A stretch of 45,990 nucleotides of DNA from Callorhinchus milii (taxonomy: Eukaryota), in the NCBI RefSeq assembly GCF_018977255.1, contig NW_024705422.1, positions 1 to 45,990 on the forward strand, given 5' to 3'. Shown here piece by piece: positions 36,820-45,990 of this stretch. Below the pieces are notes generated by a model. The model searched no databases and had not been told where the DNA came from. It saw nothing but the letters and a program-made list of their open reading frames with translations. The position numbers and the translations under genes were made by a program. Within the stretch, counting starts at the first letter, position 1. The number at the start of each line of letters is the position of its first letter.

Positions 36820-36825
36820 TTTATT
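36820..36825 (-). terminator. Polyadenylation signal AATAAA of ZP4-like copy B
   Basis: tttatt on the plus strand, about 40 nt downstream of the TGA stop at 36863. Confidence 0.65.
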
Positions 36826-36862
36826 TTTGACAATGGTCAGCAAGACATGCAAGTGCCAGCAA

Positions 36863-39800
36863 TCACAAGTAGTCATCAATAGCCACTCCCGTCGAGCGCC
36901 ACAGCCCGGCTCCTGCGCCTCCTGACGGCAATGGCAGCAGACAGGAGAGCAATGACGGCTGTGGCAATGACGAGGAGAAGGACAGAGTCCCAGCCGAGGC
37001 CCACGATGAAGAGGGAGCCTCCAGCAACAGCAGAGCAGCGTCGTTAACAGGAGCTTCTTCAAAGAGCACGGGGCCCTGCAGCGACACCACGTGCTTTCCT
37101 ACCACGCTGGAAGCGTCAGAGATGGCGTTGCGCTCTGGAACAAGGACAGAAATCGGTTGATGACAACTGGCCCATACGAAAGGACATCATATGCTGCAGG
37201 TCAAGTTCCCCAGAAAATCAAACGAGTAGGTAATTATGGCATGCCACGGGTTGTGAAACCAGTCTGCAAAGGTCACAGCAAATGCACTCTAAATATAAAC
37301 GATAACATAGCAACATTAAAACCCCTTCGTCCTCTTGACAAATCGTTACTTTGCGAGGCTTTTGGGTAAACAAGCACAATATTCAATAGGTCGCGGTGGT
37401 GCTGCTCACTGTAGCGCCTGGTCTGTCCACACTGCCGATTGCACTCGGTGAGGAAGTTGGGGCTGGAGCTGTCGCACACCACGATAGAGCAGTGCAGGTA
37501 AACCTGTGGCAGACAGAATGCATCGCTCCGGTAAGTAAAGGTTCCCATGTTTTTAGGTAGTCCTTTTGCCCTCCAGTTGTACACGTCATCCCTCCATGGT
37601 GACCTGGTTTTTAATGGATGGGAAAGAATCGGGCACTCACGAGGTCACGGGTGGTGCTGCGGTCAGAGTTCATGAAGGCGAAGGCCTGGAGTGCCAGACG
37701 CTTGTAGTGAGAAGGCAGTGGCAGGTCAGCAACACCAGGGAAGAACACACTGCAACAAGGAGACTGCACGGGGCAGCTGCACAGGAATAAGTGCCGTTTA
37801 CCCTCAATTCAAAGCAGATTGAATGCACGCATCTTTATTTAAATCTGCACGCAAGGATGAAGGTCAGCTTTAGTCAAGACATGCTCACGACTAGCAAGGC
37901 AGCCCAAATGCCAATGCAGTGCATCTGTGCAATGCAACCATCACTGCATGTAGTCGGGCCTTGTACAAACCACCAGCTCTGGGAGGCAGAGGGTGGCTGT
38001 GTTAACATCCAGAACCCAAGGAGCAGTGGCCATCGACATTTGGGATGGCACTGCAATCTTGCTTAGACGCCAGTACTTGATAGTCACCATTACACGAACC
38101 GTTGTCATTGCAAGGGGACGTAATTAGCACAACTCTGCTTACGTGGGGGAAGAAAAGACAACCAATGCCTCAAACCAGGTTGCCTCTGCAGGCCCTGCTG
38201 TGGCAGAGAGAGAGCACTACCCCGCCCAGCCTCACCCATCCACCACAAGCTTCCACTGCGTGGGGTCGGTGGCATCTGTCGTGGGCGTGGCCCAGCAGTC
38301 CTTCAGGAAGAGCACCAGCGTGGGGTCAGAGCGGTGCAGCAGTGACGCCTGCACGTAGAGCGGCGTTCCCAGAAGCGTTACCAGCGGGTACTGCCAGGGC
38401 TGGTACGGCGTGGTGTAGGAGTTGTCTGGCAGCGTGCAGACATGGTTCACAAGGCATGTGGATTAGTGGTGTAAAGGACCTGTTTAGAGCACATTGGACA
38501 AGGCAAAGCCCCTAAAACGTGCGCATTACTTTTGAATTGAACTAGTGCACATCTCAACATGTTCCTGGCATAAAATCGTGGTTTATATTTTATTTGTATT
38601 TTTAGAATAAAATTCTGTGACCCTCACCTACATACAACGGCATCTCTAAATGTCTGTAGATGTTGTAAGGGGCACCGTTTCACACGGAGGGGGGGAATCG
38701 GGTGCTAACAGTTGGCCAAGTTCTAGTCCCAATTGGTAACCAATGAAGCTATTGATAACCATTCGTTCAAGCAATTGTGATCTGACAAATGAGGCTAAGA
38801 AAGCCAGTCCAATTTTCCTGTAAACAATGCCCTCAAGGAGACCGTTTTGATTGATAGGGGCATTGTCATCCCGTTCAATGTCGGCCCCACACCAACATGA
38901 TTTCAAGCCAATAGCTGCTAGATTCAAAACCTCAGCAGAAATTAGCATTTAAGTTACACGTCGTACCATGGAGAATGTGCAAGTCGTTCTAGTTCCCTTA
39001 TGGCTAATTATGAAACTGTTGGCAGGTTCACAACACTGGCAGCACAGCCTAGCACGTCATCCGTTTGTTGCAGGGGTTGCAGTTCAAGTCCAGCAGCCAT
39101 GCCGATTAATGCTGCAGATGTTCAAAAATCGCATGCAGCCTGCAATCAGTGGAAATTAAACCAGGGTCGAGCTCCTAGCCGAGCAATGGCTAAAATAATG
39201 ACTTTCAGCTGGCTTCGAGTCAGAGCTAATATAGACCCAAGTCTTCCCTGGGTAGAGCGACATCACAACCCGTGTTCAAGGTGGCATTTGTCCATCAGAG
39301 CTGCACAGGGTGTCGAGAGAGCAGCACTCACCAGTGAAGACCTGGAGCAGCAGGGAGAGGGGCCCAGTGGCCGTGGCTGGAGGTGGCGGTGGAAGAGTGC
39401 TCACCTGCACTCCAAGCTGCAGGTCTCCACTTCCAAGGAAGCGGCATTGAAGAACCATCCTGGTAAACACACCACCAGCCAAAAGGCATGCACAACGCCC
39501 TCACGGCAGCAAGAGATTGCAGGAGCCACACAGCAGACCGATAGGGTGTTTTGCAGACGTACCAGTGAAGGGACCACTTTGGTTAATACCGTGTTTACAT
39601 TAGCCATAAACCATATTCCTACTACTTCAAGATGTTAAAGATCCTGTGACGAGGAAAAGTCGCCCTTGTGTGTCGAATGTCCCAATTTAATAAATTAAAT
39701 CGTTGAATATGGAAGCACAGATTGGTCACGGTTCTGCAGGCATATGCTGCAAATATTTAATGTCGCAGGGACAGTGGCCATTGATGGGGGTGGGTCTCCT

Positions 39801-42800
39801 CTGCAAGACTCATGCTTCACCCTCAAGAGCACAGCACTTGCAGTGGGCCTTACTTGTATGTGGACGACTTGGTGATGGCGACGCTTCCATCAACGCAGAG
39901 CTCCCGCTCGGAGACCAACATTAACTCGTACACGAGCTCCTGCCCACTCCACTGGACACACCAAAAAGTAGTTCACACAAAACGATAATGCCATTGAGCG
40001 ATCAAGTAGAAGAATGATAAGTGGTACTGGCCAGGAGTCCAAATTGCTCACAATTTGCTACAAATTATATATTAGAATCCCCCTAAATTCTGCTTTGGCA
40101 CTCGATTCATTTGACACTCAATCATAAAGTGACCCTGTTGTTCTTTATCAACTCGTGCATGATTGTGCTCTGCACATCAAGGAGTTGTGCATCGGAAGGG
40201 TCCGATGCAGCACTTCAACAAGGTCAAACAACAACCATCAGGATGGGGCAGGGCAAAGCAGAGTCCAGGAGCCCATTACCTGCACAGTGGCACCACACGC
40301 TGCCATGGGTACGTCAAAGACTGCAAGGTCTGCAGACACCAGCACGGGGCTGCACTGCGCACTGCTACCGCCAGTCAGGTGCACGGTGCTCAGGTCCAGC
40401 GGCGGAGACGTTAGGTTCCGAGACACGGGCACCACAAAGCGCCCATCTGTGGTGCACACTGGGTGGAGCATGGCGGGAGGGTAATGGAGAGTTCCGGGTG
40501 ATAGAACAAGTTCAGGGAACCAGCACAGCAGGATGCTACTGTGCCAACATAGAACCTCAAAGCAAGAGCCTAGTTTAGGTAGTGAATTATGGAACCTCTG
40601 TTTTGAGTCAGCTACGTACCAGCTTCACTGTAGAAGCAGCGGCGTAGAGTGGGGTCGTAGCAGCAGCCACTCTGTGCACAGACGTCCGCGCTCGGGACAC
40701 TCTGCACAGAGTTGCATGGGAAGTTCCTGCTCTGACCAGAGCACGTGGCGATCTCTAACAGCAGCAGGAGCACAACAGGTCATCGTACAAAACCCCACAC
40801 GTACTTAAAATAAAACGGCATCGATTGAGCCACGTGTCATGTATGTTAAGGAGTGTTACTTGGCACATGACCAAATCACCCGGGCAATGCACGCAATCTC
40901 AGAAGCGGAGCAGGGTTGAGTGTACAGCAAAGATGGGCAAACACGTTGCTCACTGGCTGTAAAAGGCTCTGGCAGTGCAGCACAATTTGTTGCATTGAAG
41001 GTTAGTGCCACTCAACCTCGGCCAACAAGGAGCAGCGTGGTGAAGCATGGTCAAATTAACCCTCAAGACCCAGGGCAGCACCAACCAGCAGTGCATTAGG
41101 AAAATGCGTTATATGGTGCAACTATTGCAATCAGCCATTGGGGGAAAGTGCATCGGAAAAGGATTCAAGCTGCAAGTTTGTCCAGTAAAAGCCAAGGGCA
41201 TGAAACGCATTTGCAGGAAATGCAAGCGCATTATTGCAAAAGCACCAGGAGAGATGATCTAGGTCGAAACAAAGGCAGCTGTGACCCAGCAGACCCATTC
41301 TAGAGCACCAAGTCAGAGGTAGTGCAGTCTGTGGGTCCGATTAGCAGAGTCAAATCAATGGTACTCACCTCCAGCCCTCGCCGATCTTAGGTTCTCAGGG
41401 CAGTCGATGGTGAAAGCCCAGACGAGTCCATTCAGCCCCTGCCGCATCTCCTGCAGCTCCACCTGGATCTTCCTCCTGCCGTCCTGGTGAAATCAGCAGC
41501 CCTCAACATCGGACTCGGGGCCAGTGCTCCAGGAAGCTTAAACAAATCAGTAGATTTAGTGCATTCGACATTGTTGGGCGAGGCCAGGCTAATGACAAGT
41601 AAAACTGTCAAATGGGAACCCGCCACCACCTACCACCCAAATTAAGGCAGGTAGACCGCACGTGGGGGGGGGGGGGGGTTGCATTCCTGGGTCCGAAATC
41701 ACCTTCCCAGGTTAACCCTTGTTATTGTACAAACGGATGCTGCGCTGCTCCGTTGTAATACAGTTTCCATATTCAGCTTGCCACAAAACCGCCATTACTC
41801 TTCCCACAAACATAGCACTCACAAATTACCACCCTTCACAAGACTTTCATGTCTTCTGCAAGCAACCTCAAGTAGTGCACATATTTCTGGCACAAAGCTC
41901 GTATGTTGGTTAGGTCTGCCACTTACATTTTGCTGTTGTAGATCATACATGTCCAAGTAAGCCCCGTGTGCAATATTTTCTTACATCTACGTTGGTCTCT
42001 TAGAGGCCAGCTTGGATAGTGATCTGTAGCAATATAGTGCCGTTGATTCTATACCAAGCATCAAACTGCTCCGATTCCCTTCTTTGCATTGAATAGTATC
42101 GCGAATGCTGCATCCATTAGCAGGCGTGAAATACACAACTGAAAGCTTGTTTTGCCGTGTAATTTTGTGATGTAAGAGTTAAACCTCACACATTGCCTTT
42201 TAAGGTGGCCACTTGGTGACATGGACGTCTAGATGGCAAATCCTTTACCGTTAAGCACAGGAGGAGAACAATTATGCTGGAGATAAGACTGACGAAACGG
42301 AGACTAAAGACAAAAAAGCAATGCAATGAGGCAAGGCCATGGGCAAGAAAGGATACTTAGGATTGGCTTAAAGAGTAATGTAGCGACATGGCATACTACA
42401 ATGAATAAGATCACAAATGGAAAGTGCAAACCAAGGTAAATCTGAAAAGACAAAGATGGCAAGATCTTGATAAGATATATGGAATGAGCATTGCATCGAT
42501 TGTCCAGGGATACCAGTCAAGAGAAAGAGCTGCTGTATAAACTAGAAAAAAGTCGCTACCACCAGAGATGATCGAAATAATATATTGTAGGAATAAATTG
42601 AAAAAGCAATGCAAACCATCTGAAAACAAATTCCAGAGTGGACGGCATGAGCTAAAAAAACCTTAGGAACTTAAAAATAAATGCACGAGCTAAGCAAACG
42701 TAGAGGGGAAAATACCAGAGTAGACAATCAAATTCGATTCTGGCCAGACAACATCGTGGGCACGTGATGGCCGATCGGTTATGGATTGCGAAACATCAAT

Positions 42801-45715
42801 TTCGCTACTGCCACAGCAGTCCCAGCGGGTACTAGCATCGACGCAAGTCACAACGGTCTCCTCGTGTTCACCTCCACGCGCACGTGGCAGGCATCACCAG
42901 CAGCGGTGAAGTGGAGCGCAGCACCGTCCCTCGCGATGGAGAAGCCGCACTCCCCCTGCACAGACTCCACATCCACGGCCTCATTCCGCACCGCTGGAGA
43001 CATCAAGAACAAAGTTAGAAAAACATGCATCTGGATTGCGCACCACAAGTTCATGTGGGCAGCGTGACTGCAAGAGAACAACAAAGTATGGTGTCAGTGT
43101 GAACGCGAATAGGAAATCTCCACAGTACCCGGAACGTTTCTAGGACACAGGATCCTCAATACACCGTTGGAGTTACGGTACTCCCAAACCGGCACAACGA
43201 CCTCGTCTAATAGTTGCTAGTAAATAAGGCTGCGTGTCAGATTCAGCGACAAGATCTCCCAAGTCGTCAACGGAGGACTCCGGTGGGAAATGCAGACGAT
43301 GCGAGTAGAGAACCAGAGTCTGACAGGAGTCACCAGGTTCAGTTTATAACAGAAGGTACCACCTTGCATGAAATGTTCCAATGAAAGGGAAGAGCCCATT
43401 GTGCAGGCAAGCAAGGGGGAGGTGTATCGATTAATAAGGGATTCACAGTCTAAAAGCATATTAGTTGCTGCGGCGCCATATTAACATTCCTTCCTTTATT
43501 AATTCTAACCTTACTCCTCCCTTTGATCCTGCTAATCCTGCATAATGCATGGGCATAATGACTTTAAACCCCTCGCCAATCCTCCTACGCATTTCACAAG
43601 TAGTACCAATCGCATGTATGCATTTCCCATAAATATGCCAAATTCCTCTTGATATGGAAATTATTTTGTCAAGGCGCTCTTCGCCCCTCCATCCCAGCAT
43701 AAATAGTCGCTCCAAGCCTGGGGCGTGCCATTCACTGTCTACTTGACAGACCTGTTCTCCACATGAAAACGGCTGCTTGCGTTGTGGCCGAACCAGTGAG
43801 AATTATTTTATTATTATAAAGCTCCAAAATTAAGATTATTTATTATGTTTTATTTTTATTATTTTGTTATTTTCCTTCTACGTGACTTTACCGAAAGAAC
43901 CAAGACGAAGGGATTCACTCGTCTAGTAAACATGCAATTATCTTATGGAAGAATACGTTCTGATTCTCGTCAGTCTGATGTATTAGACTAGTTGAAATGA
44001 ACCCCGACGCCAATACATTAGCATGCTTTGAATCCCAGATTAAATGTTCCATCGTTCATGCGAATTACATTCACAACACAGCATTAATCAAAAAAACCTA
44101 AAATCGACACCAAATAAGAGAAATTGAAGCAGTTGGGACCAAACAACTGGCCAGAGAATCTCAGCCCCGAATCAATTTGATAGTATCCTTGAGAAGCATC
44201 ATAGAGTCAATCATACAATGGATCAAGATGGTCAATTACGTCATCACGATTTAAGTGAAAGCTCGTGGACTCACTCCGTACAAAGACACGGTAGTCACTG
44301 CGAGAAGAGCTGCTCCATCCCACAGAAAAACCCAGGGTGGAGGAGATGCATTGCTTCAGCAGACCTGGGGGAGCAGTTCAGAAGTTGAAACGTCAACATC
44401 AACTACACCTTACGGAGCAATTAAAAAACAGCCCGCGACGGTTGCTGGGTGGGCGCACATCAGTCCCTTCACTTTTCTGTGCACACAAGTGTGTAAGGTG
44501 TTGTGTGTTGCTCTTATTTGGCGCAAAGTCAAAAGGCACGTGTACGACTCGATAGTATGAATCTCACACAGGGATCGTCAACCTGCAGCTTCGAAGCCGC
44601 TGGTTGAAACGTGATATTTTGGTAGTAGACCCCTGCATTACTCTTGAAATTGTAGTGGAAAGCTGCCAAGGAAGAGCCTGCTATGCAAATTATCAACGCG
44701 AGTGCACAGTTTTGTTGTTACTACAATGGAAAGGAACAAGGTCATGATGATTTTGGATGCGAGTGTTACGTATAGTCCTGCGCAGTAAAATGTTGTACAA
44801 TTCACTATTTTAAGTAAAGTTGCAAGGGCCGTGCCAATCAGTCACCAGCCATATTTTTCGAAAGCGTTATTATCATAAAAAGGAACGTGCAAGGGAGAGT
44901 TAATGTCCTCAAACGCCTCCTTTTCCATGCGCTGGAGGATTATTAATTATCCACGTGCCAGCCTATGCCCAGCGGCAGCCATCACGTCGCGTCACGTGAC
45001 CGCTCCGGCGGCAGGCGCACAACAAATTCACCCCCCCCCTCCACCTCGTCCAGGCAGCGCTCTTGTTGGCAACTCGTGTCGCCGGTAACGCTTTTCCAGT
45101 TCACGAGAGACGCCGCCATTATAGTCTTGTGCATGGCGGTGTCCATACACACGATAGCAGTAGTGAGAGAATGCGCGATGTGGTTGTCATGTGGCGACAG
45201 CAGCAGCAGCGCCCCCTACCACTCGGCTCCCCAGCGTCCGCGGTCCCAGCGACTGTCGAAGCCTCGCGTGGACGGAGCCCAGGCAGAGGAAGCTGCGGGG
45301 AGCACGAGACACGTGACCGCCAAGACGAGAGAAGGCAGGAGGAGAGAGAGGCAAACACCGCCCCGCCCACCCCACAAAAATGAAGTGGCCAGTAGCGATT
45401 TTAGGGAGCACCTATTCAAGGCCAGCACGGTGCACGATGGATTGGCGTGAACAGCGCCACGCAATGCCACCTTTGGAACCCCTACCACACAATGGGGCAA
45501 GCGAGACATTTCAGGACCGCACTTCCACATTTTTATCTCAATGCATTTCTCCATGCAGGTCAGTTACCCAAGCGATATGGAAACGCCCTCTCTTACAAAC
45601 GTACACAAGACTTCATTATCCAGAGCTGTTGAGGAACATCCCTGAACACCACTCAGCACGCCCCTCCGCCTCCTCACCTGGTCAGGAGCAATAGAAGAAC
45701 TCGCAGAGCCGCCAT
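36863..45715 (-). CDS. ZP4: Zona pellucida glycoprotein ZP4/ZPB (ZP1/4-like), copy B, 13 exons
   Basis: Exons (minus): 45678-45715, 45220-45292, 44275-44364, 42872-42993, 41369-41483, 40620-40754, 40280-40458, 39854-39951, 39332-39459, 38236-38425, 37641-37776, 37410-37503, 36863-37134. Same domains and splice sites as copy A. Exon 2 is 1 nt short, exon 10 is in frame, and the last exon has a -1/+1 indel pair. Confidence 0.9.
43447..43907 (+). mobile_element. Penelope-like pseudo-LTR insertion in ZP4-B intron 3 with decayed hammerhead
   Basis: Flanked by AAGGGATTCAC direct repeats (43436-43446, 43908-43918); copy A has the empty site at ~18172. Shares the tail ctacgtgactttacc(g/a)aaagaaccaa with 7435-7460. 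Decayed core aTGAaaA C GGCTGC/TTGCGTT/GTGGCC GAAcC at 43763-43794. Confidence 0.7.
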
Positions 45716-45990
45716 CGTAAAACAAATCGGCTGCGTCGCCCCTTAGGCCATGGACCCCTTTTATATGGAGAGCCCTCAGCGATCCCGATCCAGATTGGAT
45801 CAGATCCACCCACGCATTGTCTAATCAGCGAGATTTATCAGAGCAGATCACTCACTCATTGTCTCATCAGTAGAGGTTTGCTCGATCTCGGCGCACGTGC
45901 ATGGATAGGAGCTGCACCGCAATCACGCGGCACGGACGCAGGAGGAGTTAATTGGCTCATTACTGAAACTGAATGAGGCCGCGCGCAGAT
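45716..45990. promoter_or_regulatory. Second copy of the bidirectional ZP promoter (incomplete at window end)
   Basis: Minus-strand TATAAAA 45759-45765, the duplicated CAGATC...CATTGTCT(C/A)ATCAG element, CACGTG and ATTGG are all retained. Confidence 0.7.

Larger units (their letters stand above)
36205..45990. repeat. Large duplicated block, unit B (of 11015-20437)
   Basis: Colinear match. The last bases gcgcgcagat equal 20428-20437. Confidence 0.95.

Noticed and set aside
39000..39638. 212-aa plus-strand ORF
   Set aside because: It is antisense to ZP4 exon 9 and its introns, is fragmented in unit A and has no domain similarity.

Overview
Eukaryotic, intron-containing vertebrate genomic DNA; GC-rich exons and the repeat types suggest a lamprey-like jawless fish, which is inference only. 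The core is an egg-coat locus. A 13-exon ZP4/ZPB-like gene (ZP-N1, trefoil, ZP module, furin site, TM; minus strand, 11657-20156) sits head-to-head with a ZP3/ZPC gene (plus strand, from 20515, truncated by an N gap at 24256-24285), with only 358 bp between the start codons. The cassette recurs about 25-27 kb downstream: a second ZP4-like gene at 36863-45715, with the window ending inside the shared promoter. Flanking DNA is transposon debris: a degenerate Gypsy LTR element, Penelope-like 3' ends carrying minimal hammerhead ribozyme motifs, an internally deleted RTE LINE (also duplicated at 1-1.6 kb), a hAT transposase remnant and a foldback MITE family. All three ZP genes carry isolated frame-breaking indels, while substitutions between the ZP4 copies are mostly synonymous; this points to consensus errors rather than real pseudogenes. 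The 8.1 kb from the gap to about 32377 looks like featureless random sequence, unlike the rest of the window; I found no biological system in it and consider it probably artefactual. No prokaryotic-type system (CRISPR, retron, operon) is supported.
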